Source of the DNA: Ophelia neglecta
Taxonomy: Eukaryota
Length of the DNA: 64,000 nt
NCBI GenBank assembly: GCA_965285935.1
Contig: OZ260662.1
Location: 97,526,001-97,590,000 of the forward strand
Reading direction: 5' to 3'
The notes under the pieces were generated by a model that saw only the letters and a program-made list of their open reading frames with translations, was not told where the DNA came from and searched no databases. Made by a program: the position numbers and the translations under genes. Below, in pieces: positions 1-12,814 of this stretch. Within the stretch, counting starts at the first letter, position 1, and each line of letters starts with the position of its first letter.

Positions 1-998
1 GGGACCAATTAATGGAGTGGTATATACATACAGTTTAACTTGTAACTGGGGTGTTTGTGTTTTTAATGATATAACCCTGTTGGTGTTGGGCTGGGGTTGG
101 AGGTGTCTAGAGGTGGATTATTCTTTGAAGTTAGGCCCAAAACAATTCTAATTCTTTTTATAACAACCATTTTATTATTATTTCATGCAGTGTTTATATC
201 CAATGGCAAGCATGAGTGACGCAATTACTAATATGACAGAATATTACAAAGGGACACACAGAATATGTTTCACTGTGTCAGTCAGAACTTTATTGGGCCT
301 CCTCACAGAGAGGACCAAGATACCCTAAGCCCTCTAAAAGCCCTGCATGGGTCATCATACGTAATGGCATATGACATGCATGTAAATCAGGATATTCTTG
401 ACAGGACACAACTTTTATATTTTCTGATACCAATCAGAATTTTAACATGCCTGCTTGCATGAGGCAATAAAAAAATGCTTATGTCAGGACTTGTAAGATT
501 TGCTCCTTTATTTTCAATTCTACAGTACATTTTGTATGTTTTCAAGGTATCGGTATACTAACTGTGCTTTGGTACACAAGAGCAGCCATCTTGAAACATA
601 ATGATGGATCTGATTGTTTTTCCAACCGACTATCTTCCTACTTGTGCAGTTAGAAAACTGGCAGGAAGAAAATTGTTTGAATTTTCATGATACTGAGACT
701 GGATAGACTCACTTCTTTACAGTACACTTTAACATTAAAAACTTATTTTGAAGTTTCCATCAGTTACTGTTTCCCTGATAGCTTGTGTGGTTCTATGTAT
801 GCTTTCCTTCAATGACTATCAGGTATCTTGCCCTTTTTTTAAGGCATTTTGCACTCTTGTGCACTATAAAGCATTTGCTATCGGCCATGAAATTTGGGCT
901 GGCTATAAATGTGGCCCAGTAACAATAAAACATTTAATTTCAATGGAATTTAGATGCTCTCCCAGCTAGTAGTGCTGATTTCTTTTATATTGACACTA

Positions 999-1180
999 CA
1001 GTGAAACCTGTGTTTGTGGTCATCATGATAAGGTCACCTGTCTACTAAGGTCACTTAATAACACTCCAAACCCCATTTATGCCTGTGTTAACTGACCTGC
1101 CTATTAAGGTCACTTACATAATGTACACGTGGTCTGTTTTTTCCAGTCCCTTGACTGACCTGATAAGACTGGTTTCACTG
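999..1180. mobile_element. MITE family A (Tc1/mariner-type), diverged copy
   Basis: TA|CAGTGAAACC...GGTTTCACTG|TA, 182 bp, TA duplication, no coding capacity. The right end (ttccagtccctt) resembles the 19434 copy, so the orientation is the same. Confidence 0.85.
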
Positions 1181-1900
1181 TATTTAATTCTACGAAAGGT
1201 AGATTCTCTGCTGAATTAATCCACCGGCAGGATATTCATACAAAGTATGTTTGGGCCTGTTAATATTTGTTGTCTGTTAATAGAAAATCTTGCTCCCAAG
1301 TTTACCATTGAACTAGGCTGTCGTTTTTTAACTATTAGTGGCCATTTGACTTGTTATTCATATACTTACAAACAAAATAAGTGTATTTTGAATTCAATGA
1401 ATATTATCTTGCTTGTGATAATATATGTAAGTGCTGACAGTTAGGTCTATAAACCAACACATCAAAAATGTTCTAGAACTAATTTGGCAGGAATGAACCC
1501 GTTCAATAGGCTTTCAGCGCTTCTAGTGCGATCTGTACAAATATACATGTACTTACGTTACATGATACATACGCTTATTCAATATTCGGGGAAGTCCTGT
1601 GAGTTTTGTGTGCACTGTTCATGTATTCAGCCACTTCATCTTCACCTAATTGAACAGTAATGTTTGTACTTCAGACCGCCCGGATACCTCGATGAGCTGT
1701 ATTGAACAACTGTCAGGAAAGGCGCTCTGTTAATCATGCACAGATAAAGGGAAAAACATCTAGGGTTTTTATGCGTTTTTTTTACCATTAAGATAATGGT
1801 GTTTTCATAACTAATCCTGGAGAAAGCAATAACTTTAATATTTAAATTGTATTATAGGTTCCCAAACACTCCAGGGCTTCTTCTACTGGGTAAAAAAGGT

Positions 1901-2320
1901 GAGATCTAACTCTTAGTCATGAAAGAGTCATGGTTTTTCATGGCTTAAAAGTGATTAGATCTAACTCAAAATTATGAATGAGTCATGGTTTTTCATGGCC
2001 TATAAAAAGATTAGATCTAACCCATTGTTATCAATAATTCATGTTTTTTTCATGGCCAAAAAAATTAGTTTCATTCTTAGTTATGAATGAGTCATGGCTT
2101 TCGTGGCCTAAAAAATATTAGATCTAATTCTTAGTTATGAATGATTCATGGTTTTTCATGGCTTAAAAACATAAGATTTAAATCTTAGTTATGAATGAGT
2201 CATGGTTTTTCATGGCCTATAAAAAGATTAGATCTATCTCTTAGTTTTGAATATTTCAAGATTTTTTCATGGCCTAAAAAAGATAAGATCTGACTCTTAA
2301 ATAAGTCATGGTTTTCATGG
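1901..2320. repeat. Tandem array, ~55-bp unit, about 8 copies
   Basis: Recurrent AGATCTAACTCTTAGTTATGAATGAGTCATGGTTTTTCATGGCCTAAAAA unit. Confidence 0.9.
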
Positions 2321-4706
2321 AATAAAATGTTGGCTTTTTATAAAACCCATAAAATGACACAATATTGGATTTAAAACATGCCCATTTGATAGTTACCTTT
2401 GATATTAGACTTGATTGTGTGTACAAAGATTCAAAGACCCAATTTACACTGGCAGTCTGACTAGATTGACATTTGAAATCTGACTTAGACATTTATATTA
2501 GTTCTGTCACCGCGTCTGCCAGCTTAACAGGGCAGAATTCCATTTAGTTCACACATAACTTGGCAGAAAGATACTGGGGGAGAGGTGATGAGAACAGCAT
2601 AGGGGGGGAGGGGATGGATGGGAAAAGGACCCGGCCCTGAATGTGCCCCAAGACCCCCATCTGGGAAGAGACCCGGCCAACACCCTCCCCTCCATAGCCC
2701 CCCCCCCCCCCAAAAAAAAAGCCCTGGATAACTCCTGGATAGAGGTTAAGAAGGAATTTAACGATAGAGGGTAATTGTACATGTAGGTACATGTATTTGT
2801 ACATGTGTATACTGTATATGACTCACCACAAAGTTTTGTATATGTGTTATCAGTTGTACCCATATAGCGACAAAACCAAGTAGGTCAACAGATATACAGT
2901 CCATTGGGGAATTAATGACCTTTTTTAGCAAAAATTTTGCTCGCTTTTGCTAACAACATTTTTGTTTGTCTTTTACTTGACTTTTGAAAACACTTGATTG
3001 TCTGCATATAACCTGTTTTTGTAGGGTGCTTGTGTGGGCCCAAATAATTTTATGTTGATACATGTAGCCTGATTTGTGGAATTTCCTATAAAACATTATT
3101 CTGATGCTTAAGTGATCCCCAGACCTTGTGTTAGTTGTTTGTGCAGTTTGTTTATAGGGCGTCTGATTTTGTAGCCCGATGAGGTGCAGTGGGCTTTTTG
3201 TGCAGACACCTTTTAATGGAGACTTATTATAAAAGGTTAATGTACATTTTATTTTGCAATGTAGACCAGTCCATTTTAAGGAACCTGGTCATTTTCGGAT
3301 TGACGGATAAACGTCACCAAAAATGTGATCTTGATAAATTTGTCCCAAGGAACCAATGGCAACCAATTACATGTGTAGGGTTTGGGATGAACTTTGTTCT
3401 CGTTCAACGGCAAAGTTTCCATTACCAGAAAATGAACTAGGAAAGAGTTCATGATAAACTAGGAATTTCCTGTCAATATTAATGTATGTAATATATTGTT
3501 TTTGAGCTTAAATTTCCTCCCCTGTCCACATTTCCTGTTGTTGTTTTTCAACTTCTCTTGGCACAGTAAATATTGGTCTATGAAGGAAATAGGTTTTAGG
3601 TCATAATATTTGTTTAATGCAGTTGTCAAGCAAAATACTTGATTACTTACTTATATATGTCTTACATAAAACTTAGACTCAGCCTGACAAATTCTTCCTG
3701 TAACTTTCTGTTCTACGTACTATGTTTATTAATTTTAAAAGAAGCTTCCAATGCCTGTCGTGTAGGCTGTAGCTAATGGTGCTCTCTTTGCCATGATTGG
3801 CCCAACCACTGGACCAGAACACTTGCCGTTAGCTGATGAGCTGCTTTATGGGGGGGGGGGGGGCTGGGTCGCCTGCTAAATGTATCAAGACTTGTCCAAT
3901 TAATACCCCGAACTGCTAACTTATTCAAGGGCCTTATCAAATAATAAATGTGACATATCTATAAATATGTTATAGCCAAAAACAAGTTTCTTTCTAGTAA
4001 GATGGTTACATGTATAGATTCTGGGTACAATACTGTATTTAGAGTATTTGTGCTATCTACATGTACTAATTCATATTGGTTCAGAAGGATCTAAATGGCA
4101 GTGAATAAACTCACATAGTAATCTACCAGATCTGGCAAAAGTTATAGAGGGTATTGTGCCTTAGTTCATTTTATACTAACAGTATACAGAAAAGGAGGGG
4201 AGATGCAGAAAATAACCCAGAATGCCTTGTTGGCCCAATTTTATCCTGATTATCGGTAGGGCCCCTACAGAGGAAGCAATGTCAGTTCCATCTTGTTTTG
4301 GGGTGAGCAATTTTTGCTTCTTCATTTTAATTAGTTTTCATGCTCAAAAGGGACACATCATAAAGGAAAAAAGATGGGAAATGCTGACACTGACTGATTT
4401 ATAATTCACATATGCAGACACGTGTAGGCCAAGCTATCCTATGTGTAAATGCCAATAAAGGTTAAAGCAGTACTTAGTTGTCATAAAACGGGCCGAATCA
4501 CAGGGTTAAAAGAAAAACCCAAGCAGTCATGGACACTTCTGGTGCCTCTCTTTCCTATCACTGCTAATATTGTATGTGATCTGTTTTAAGTATAAGGCTG
4601 CGACAATCTGCAAAGAATCTGTTGGATATGATTTTAATGACTCCTCAGTGAAATTTACTTTTGAACCTAGTAATTGTAGGTTTCCTACAGTATCAGCATT
4701 GCTATA

Positions 4707-4885
4707 CAGTGGTCCCTGCGATTTAGGGCCCCTCCGATGAAGGGCCACCTGCGATGGCAGGAAAGTTTTTGAATTCTCATGCCCAATCTTTATCATATTT
4801 AAATACCTACGATGAAAGATCGCCTGCAATGTAGGGCCACTTTTCCTTTGGATATAGGGGTGGCCCTACATCACAGGGACCACTG
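4707..4885 (+). mobile_element. MITE family B (Tc1/mariner-type)
   Basis: TA|CAGTGGTCCCTG...CAGGGACCACTG|TA, 179 bp, with internal AGGGCCAC / CCACCTGC(G/A)ATG repeats. Reference orientation. Confidence 0.93.
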
Positions 4886-7800
4886 TACTACTTCATGAGC
4901 TACCATTTACAGACAGTTTTCTACTGCTCCTTGTCTCACAGCTTTGGGCAGTTTTTTTTTAATTAAGAATATGTGCAAGTCTCCTGTTTAATTAATACTA
5001 CACATGTACATCTTTCCTGATATCAGTCGTGGCCAGACTAGACATGTACAGGTATATCAGTATATCCCTGCTGCTTTTCTAGGTCACCACCAACCAAAGC
5101 CGGTTGCCTGCAAACAAATGATGCCCCGTCTGCTACACGAGGGAGAATAAATTTAAATTATGATGGCATTGCCCACATTAAACTAAAAACCTTGTATATT
5201 TATTAAGAATAATAAATATCACTTCTGTCAGGCCACAGCTGTCTGCAATACTCTCACGCAGTTACACTAGTCAACTTTTTGCCAAGTTGACTAAACTGTC
5301 CCTGACGAAGGAAGTTTACCGGTTTCTCCTATATCTACCATCAAATGGCACGCCAAAAACTGTTTACCAAAAGAAGCAGTATTTATTGACCTTTCATACG
5401 ATGTGCAAGGTTTTTAGTTTAAAGTGTGCAGTACTTATTTTGAGTTTTCTAAGCTTTGAGTAGTAAGTGGCCCATTGCTTGTTTGCGGGTGTCATTTGGT
5501 CAGTTCTATAGTCATGGGTTACTGTAGTTAATATTTCAGACTTTTATAGGTAGATTTTTTGATCAATTTTTCAGTGATTGAAGGCCTCTCATGTGATAAT
5601 ATCGGGGTAAAGGATTTACTACCACAATGGGTGTACTCCATAAGGCAGAATATTTTCATGTGGTTATATTTGAATCTTCCTACAACTAGTTGTTTCTGTA
5701 GCAGAGTGGGTCAGGAGGAAGATAAACTGAAACAGCAAACAAAGTTGGCTAGCATTATCATATTTTTGATATGACTGTGTTGGGAGACCTACTTTCAGGA
5801 GCCATTGTAGGTAATTTTCCCTGGAGGGGCGGGCAGCAAGTCAACTGCTAATTCAGAGCAATTACCTTTTGAAAAACGACTGCCCCAGTCCAATTTGTAG
5901 TCTCTTGTTCAAATCTCTAGAGACTTTGTTTTTTGGTTACAATGCCATTACCGGCTATAAATCAAGTGTACATACACAGCCTCCAGAGGTAGTAGCCAGG
6001 TTCTATTTGGAGCTCGGTCTGACTGTAATATTAGCCGAGACTGCCTCCAGCACTGTACATCTTTAGTATCATCGTACCTTGGAGACACCTGTTTATCACA
6101 TAGATTTTACTGTCACAGCTCCTTTTGCTATTGGCAGTATAGGCTCGGTTGCAATGCGGTGCTAATTGCTTCATTATACCAAAACATGCCAAGCCAGAAA
6201 AAAGCATAATTACAAAGAGGCGGAATTATTTTTAGAGAAGGACTGTGATACATTATTAGCCTGTGTTAAGAAGATGACTATTTTTCCTTTGTTTTATAAA
6301 TCCTGCAGTGTTTGAGGGTCCTGTTGTATGATATGTTCCCGGCTGACATATCAAATGCATATAGAGCTGTTTATCAAGCAGCTAAGTCACGAGGAAAAAA
6401 CAGGTTTTTAACAATATTTATACTTTATATAAACGCTACCTTGTAAACATGTTGCAGGTTTGCCCAAGTTTTCTGCAGACTTTGGAACACCGTTCTACTG
6501 GCTGAACAAGTTATTGAATAGCTCACTGATAATTTATTACATTGTCTCATGGTGGCTCTGTAGTGACATTTTCAATCACCAGGGGGTCATGAAGTGCGTA
6601 CTAATGAGGATCCATCATTGTGGCCAATCAGAGCCACAATCTGACAGATTGGAAATGATTTGGGCAGATCTACTCCAGATCATCTTGGTAAACCTTGGGC
6701 ATGACTCCTACCAAATCCTTCATATAAAGATGTGATTTATTCAGTTTGCGTCCTCTGAATTGTCGTGGGCCGTGTAAAATGGATGTTTTAAGAGTTTTAC
6801 AAGCAGAGGCAGGTGCTTGGCGAATATTACGTAAATAAAACTAAAATTGGAAGATATGTTTTCAAGTACTAAATGAATCATATATTCATTTGGCATAATG
6901 CAGTCAACTGCAAATTCGGGGGAGATAGTTATTTAAGATGTATTGGCAACCTTTTTCCACTTTCATACTAATTATTGTTTTATTGGTCGGCTATAATGAT
7001 TCTGACATTTGCAGTTCTTATCTAAGTCCTCTACAACAATATGCTGAGTCTGACAGTGTATAATTACTGTGGTTTGTTTATTACGATTTGTTCTATTACT
7101 CATGGAATAATTATGAACTGTGAATTTATAGTCGGCCACATTTAAAACTCAGTTTCTGCCTAAACCCACAGAGATAGCATTTCAAAAAAGTCTGGCTTGG
7201 CATATCGGGGTCTTAGCTCACTTTGAAAACTGCCTCCCCGTTATTTGTTGGTGTTTTTTGTGTTGTTATGTATTAGCTAGCCGTTATTCATCTCACCAGA
7301 CTCTTCCATGTACATACATTTGGTGTGTGTTTGTGGCTTGGTTTGTGATATGCTTTTGTCTCGGAATCTCAATCTAATCCAGGATTCTCATTGTGTACTG
7401 ATCAACTTGGGACATAATAATTTTCTTCCCACAAGATTGTAACTGTTGGAAGGCCATCCCCCAAGAAATGAGATCATTTCACCAAGTTTAATTAGGCGTA
7501 ATTTAATCATATTGAATGAGAAATTTATATCGAAAGCAAAGAAAAAAAAAGAGATTAAATGACACTTCTGGGAACTTGAGTGGATAACTTTGACGTAAAT
7601 AGATCTCACAGCCTATGTGAACATGTAGACCAGCCAAGTGATCGACCGTCCCAGACCAAATCACTGGTCTTAAAAAGAGAAAAAAAATAGTTTATTAGTA
7701 TTTGGTTAGGAGATTGATTAGACATCACTCCATTGATGTTTACCTGTAGTTCCATAGATGAATCTGTTCCCGCCTCAGACATATGTCTTCATCTGGAGAA

Positions 7801-8184
7801 AGGAGCTTTATTAGACACTTTTGTTGATAAATCACTACTTGTATCTATACTGGTGTAGATGAAACATAATAAATAGATAATAAATAGAAATAGGGTATTT
7901 AAATGATGATCTCATTACTACTATCTTCCACAAGTTTCCAGAACAAATGAAAATGGTGATAGGCGAGGAACAAAGGCACTGACATTCTATGTATAGTCAA
8001 TAGGCCAGAATAACTGTTGTGCCCTCTGCCAATGGGTTCATGTTCTCAACAGGGAATGCTTTGGAATCTTAGACTCTGTGGCATCCAATGCCAATAATGT
8101 CATAAACCCTGTGTAAGAGGCTCGGTGGTGAAGGTAAGATGGTTTAGAAAGGATTTATGGTCATGTTGTCAGGAGGCCTTCATG

Positions 8185-8525
8185 GGTGTGGAGGGGAGGG
8201 GGAGGTGGGGCCAGGAGGGGAGGGGGAGGCAGGGAAGTGGACGGGAGGGGGAGGTGGGGCCTGGAGGGGAGGGGGAGGTGGGGCCGGGAGGGGAGGGGGA
8301 GGTGGGGCCTGGAGAGGCAGGGAAGTGGAGGGGCAAGAGGGGAGGTTGGGCCTGGGATAGAAGGGGGACAGTGGCAAACTGAGGAGGGGGAAGCAGGGAG
8401 GGTATTGGTGAGGGGATATCAAGCAGAGGAGGCAGTCAAGGGGGAGCCAGGTAGGGGGAGGGAAAGGGGCAAGGAGGAATGCAAGGCTATTATCTAGGCA
8501 AGAAGTTGGGAGGAGTGTGGGGTTG
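8185..8525. repeat. G-rich polypurine low-complexity tract with a 24-bp tandem unit
   Basis: GGAGGGGAGGGGGAGGTGGGGCC(T/G/A) repeated, with many G3-G5 runs on the + strand. Confidence 0.9.
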
Positions 8526-9919
8526 TTGAGGAAAAGCTATCCCAACTAAGGCCTCCCCCTGTTTAGCAATAAGCTAAGGGGGTATTGGGAACCTGTACCC
8601 CTCCCCCCCCCCCCCCCCCCAACCACGACCAAACCTCCACTCCTTAAATTTGCCCCTGGAGGAATTGGGTTTGCTCAGCAAGATTGATGGGGAAGCAAGG
8701 GAATCAGGGCTGCAGGACTGAGATAGTGATTGTTCCTGCTACAGCCAGCATTTATTGCCCTTGCTGTGTGCTGATAGCCTCTGTAAAGGCAGTGTTTAAG
8801 GTTTCTCTGTTGACCTGCCTGCACAGTAGCTGCCTTCAGAACCTAATGCTTGGTAATAGCCAATCTGGCTGTGTCCAGCCATGTGTGTGGATTACATCAC
8901 AGAGGGAAGCCATGTGAAGCTCTGATGTGTGGGCGGGTGCTGTGCTGTGGTGTTATATAAGTATTTGTGTTATTACATGGCTTGTCCTCAGCTAACCAGC
9001 CTGACCTGTTGCTGTCCTCACCAGCTGTCTGAGGTATGCAGCCCCACTATAGGCCTGCTGGGCATTATATAATCTGTCTGTCTGGCTGCCATACAGCACA
9101 GCCCCCAGCAGGAGGCCCAGCAGGAAGCCAGGGAGAGGCTGCAAGCAGCCCATTCATCATGCTCTCCCATCTCTGACAGGCGAGGCTGCTGACTTTTTGG
9201 CTGGTAGAGGGCATGCTTGTAGCTGAGCTTGGCCACGCTTTGCCTTCACGGGAGAACACCGGCCAATGGCGCGCACACTAAATATAGCACATTAATGACA
9301 TGTGACGTAGTGTCTGGCAAGAGATATACCAAAGCGAGGCTGTGTGCCACTGAGGTTACAGTTTGCCAGAGAGAGGCAAGCCAACAACGTGAGTGGTATT
9401 CAGTGGACATAGTGGACCCTAGTACATGTGTGTGTGAGTGAGCCTGTGTCAGACTGTCAGTAGCTCAGCCCTCGACAGGGATCATGGGGAGGTAAGTCTG
9501 ACTCCTACCTGTTTAATATCTACACTCCCAGATCCGAGAGATCTGTGTCAGCCCCTGTCCTGGACTCCTGGTTTGAAGTTTGTATCAGGCTATATGATTG
9601 GATCAGTGTGTGCTGAGATAAGGATGTAGTGTAGTCACAGTGCCTGAGGTATGCAGCTAGCCAACCATGTGCTTACCGGCACACCAGTGAGTAGACATTC
9701 TGTTTGTTGGCATAACTAGGTACCCATGTTCTTTTTTACTACCTTCAACTCATCGGCCATCTTGTTGTGGAGGTCTAGTGATATTGTTGTTGGGCTTGGT
9801 TGTTTGTCAGATGGTTAACTGCAAGTGCTCTTGTTTGTCAATGCCTACATACTTCTTATAGTGTGAGTCCATGACCCGAGATGACCTCATCTCAGAGAGT
9901 CCCAGTACAACCAGTATCT

Positions 9920-10108
9920 ACCACATGCGCATTTCTCTCCGCTAAACTGTGCTCTGTTGCGCATACTTGGCTGCTAGAATCTTTGTCATAACTTCCTGCA
10001 CGGCTATGAACGTAGTTTTGCCGGCACGCCACTGCGCAGTCGTTATTCTTGCCTCATTCTGGATACACATTGAATGGAAGAGAGAAGGCCTAACGCTTTT
10101 CTCCTAAG
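9920..10108 (+). promoter_or_regulatory. Candidate mbl promoter and short non-coding first exon
   Basis: Local CpG enrichment against a CpG-poor background. Three TGCGCA hexamers (about 9926, 9958, 10033; NRF1/EWG-like half sites). Initiator-like TCATTC at 10054-10059. Near-consensus donor AAG|GTAAGC at 10108/10109. Confidence 0.45.
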
Positions 10109-10802
10109 GTAAGCTGGGTCTCGGCATGTTTTCTGTTTGCTTTCACATTGTTCACATGGCGATATTGTATTTGTACAATTTGTCGATGGAAGAAACATGA
10201 TGAACATGTCTCACATTGTTTGTTTGCGGCAATTAATACAAAAAATACAATGCGAAGCGATTTCTGTCCGCGCCCTTGTCTCGTCGTTGGACGCACTATT
10301 TTCTTTCGAGAAAACTACTTATTTGTTACACTGCGCGTCAGTTGTAAGACATAATTTTTTGTCATGTTTTCATGGTTGAGAAACTCACCTGTGGCCTTAT
10401 GTTTAAATTCACAGCGAGTTTGGCCTCGTGGCCTTGATGGTGATGGTACTTGATAAACTCCGCCATAGATGTTTTGAACTTCTTCTCTGCTTTGTTTGTT
10501 CTGCGCTGATCTCTGCAGGCTTGCTTATGGCCCACCGCCTTAATATCTTGATTGGCATGTCTTGTTTGACCATTCACATATATGAAGTAGTGTATTGGCT
10601 TATTGGATTATTCTGTGTTAGTCTTACCCTTATTTCACCTGAGAACAAAACATTTACTTAGCCACACACCTATGTAAGCAGATCAATCCTTAGTTACATA
10701 ACCCTGGTGGCATGCTGAGGTTATCCAAAGTATTGATTTTGATTTTGTGCTGGGGTTGGTTTCCGTGCAGAGGCCATGTGGCTTGCCAGGGAAATGCCAA
10801 GG

Positions 10803-10849
10803 CCGCCCTACTCCACCGCCATGCCGCCCTACTCCACCGCCATGCCGCC
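10803..10849. repeat. 21-bp tandem duplication
   Basis: CCGCCCTACTCCACCGCCATG x2 plus a partial third copy. Confidence 0.85.
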
Positions 10850-12277
10850 AGCGTCAGTCAAGGCTACTCTCGTTTACATCTACATTAGGTCTGTACAACA
10901 TTCAGGCAGAACTAGTCAATCAAAAACATCTCTAGGAAAGGAATGTCGTAAAAAATGGTCTTGTCTTTTAAAGCGAATGAGATAAGAGGACTGTAAAAAA
11001 TGCATAAAAATATGGTTGGAACCAAGAAGGAAATGTGTGAAAAATGTTCCTTTGTGATAAGAATTGAGAAGTTATTAAACACTGGAAAATCTACTTCTCT
11101 CTGATAGGGCAAACTAGTGAAAAAATGCTTGTTTTCAAATAGAAAACCTGAAGAGTGCTAAAAAAATAGTCCTGCATGATGGAATGGGAAACAATTAGGC
11201 TGTTAAATATACTTTCTCTCCGAGATTGAGCTAGAAAACCTGTATAAGAAATACTCAGCCACGAGAGCTAGAGGTAAACCTTGTAATAAAAACTACTTGT
11301 AGTTAGAAGAAAGGCTTGTGTAAATGTCAATATACAAAAAATAATGACTGATGAAGAATAAAATGGAAATTTGTGAGAAAAAGATTCCTGTTTGCTAGAG
11401 AGGAGGTATTGCACTCAAATATCACTCTGGTTTAAATACTGGCCACTGCTTCTTGCTTTAGGTTCTCAAAATCCTGTTACATCTTAACTTAAATTAGGTA
11501 GATTGCATTTTGTGCGATGTCATATTTTTATAAAACGAAGAGTTTATTTGAGTTTTGCTACTGCAGATGACAAAAACAGACACAGACTTTGGTGTAACAG
11601 TTGAAATAAACATTCATGACAAAAGCACAGTTAGAGGAGCCGACTACTCTTCGCATTTATTATTTTCAACACCTTTGCTTCAATCTTTTTACCTCTAGTT
11701 GACAATTAAAGTACATGTGAAATAAAAATATCAAAGATTTGAATTTTCTTGGCAAGCGTTTGTGCTCGGTTTTGTCACAGTATATAACAAGACATACAGC
11801 GAGACTTGCCTAAAGATTCACATATTATAAGGGCATCATGGTGTTTTGCACACAGAAGCAGTGGTGGCGAAGAATTCCAGCCAAATCACAAATAGATGTG
11901 CACCAGGCGGCTTGAAAATACACGTAGTGCACAGCTAAAATCTGTGCTGATATTGTATAATCAGTCTCTCTAGGCTGATAAAATGTTGTGATTTTGTCCT
12001 ATTTTCATATGAAAATATGGTACATGTTATAATATAAATTTTTTGATTGACCTTCTCGTTGCCACTGTCTCTCTCCGTTTTGCGCACTGCAAAATTCAGC
12101 AGCAGAGCAGCGCGTAACGGAATAGTAGTATAACACAAACATCAGGGAATGACTAGTAAGTAGTTTGAACATATTTAGGCACCTACATGCTGAATGACCA
12201 ATTATAAATTGTCTGGGTTACTAATTATTCAGATAAATTTGAGAACAAAAGAGGAGAGGATTTAAGTCTGACTAATA

Positions 12278-12528
12278 CAGGGGTCTACACTAACTTTTCT
12301 CAGCACTTGCCCTGAGGGCAAGTAGCACCATGAAACTTCTTGCCCGCACCATAGGCTTACTGTCCCAAAAAATATTTGTACATATAAAATATACAAGATA
12401 TCCAACAATCGGCGATTTGGGGAATTTTAGCAGATTGCCCGGCGGGAAGTTAGTAACTAAAACCTTTGTGCCCGCTAGCAGATTTGAGGTGCCCCGGGAC
12501 GTCGGGCAGTAGTTAGTGTAGACCCCTG
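12278..12528. mobile_element. MITE with 18-bp perfect TIRs, hAT-like CAGGG ends and a 6-bp TSD
   Basis: CAGGGGTCTACACTAACT ... AGTTAGTGTAGACCCCTG, 251 bp, flanked on both sides by CTAATA (12272-12277, 12529-12534). Subterminal TGCCC/GGGCA motifs. Confidence 0.9.
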
Positions 12529-12814
12529 CTAATATGTCTCGTTATGATCCTAAAGGCTTGTGAAAATGTCACTGTGTTACAGATTATATGGCGCATCTTG
12601 TTTGTGCTCTGAAGTGGTTGAGATACATGCAAATAGAAGTTTTGACTATTTCTGGTCTTGTTTTTTTGTAGATGTGCTATGTTTTAACAGTAAATGTCAG
12701 TGCCACGGTAACCTACAACACACTAGAGCATTTACACAGAGTTGGGACTAGTGGCCAATGTGCCTAGTGAGACACTGGAGCTGTAGGAGAGCAGACTGGA
12801 GATATCTGCCAGCC

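Noticed and set aside
1872-2726. Possible hAT-like element CAGGGCTT...AAGCCCTG enclosing the 55-bp array
   Set aside because: The TIR match is only 8 bp and the flanks (AAACACTC vs GATAACTC) are not a convincing TSD.
4527-4829. Similar peptides in ORFs 4527-4829, 47923-48174 and 55900-56133 suggesting a gene family
   Set aside because: The shared residues come from overlap with non-coding MITE family B; there are no transposase motifs.
8125-8497. Gly/Pro-rich ORFs resembling collagen or formin
   Set aside because: They are translations of the G-rich repeat, open in several frames on both strands.
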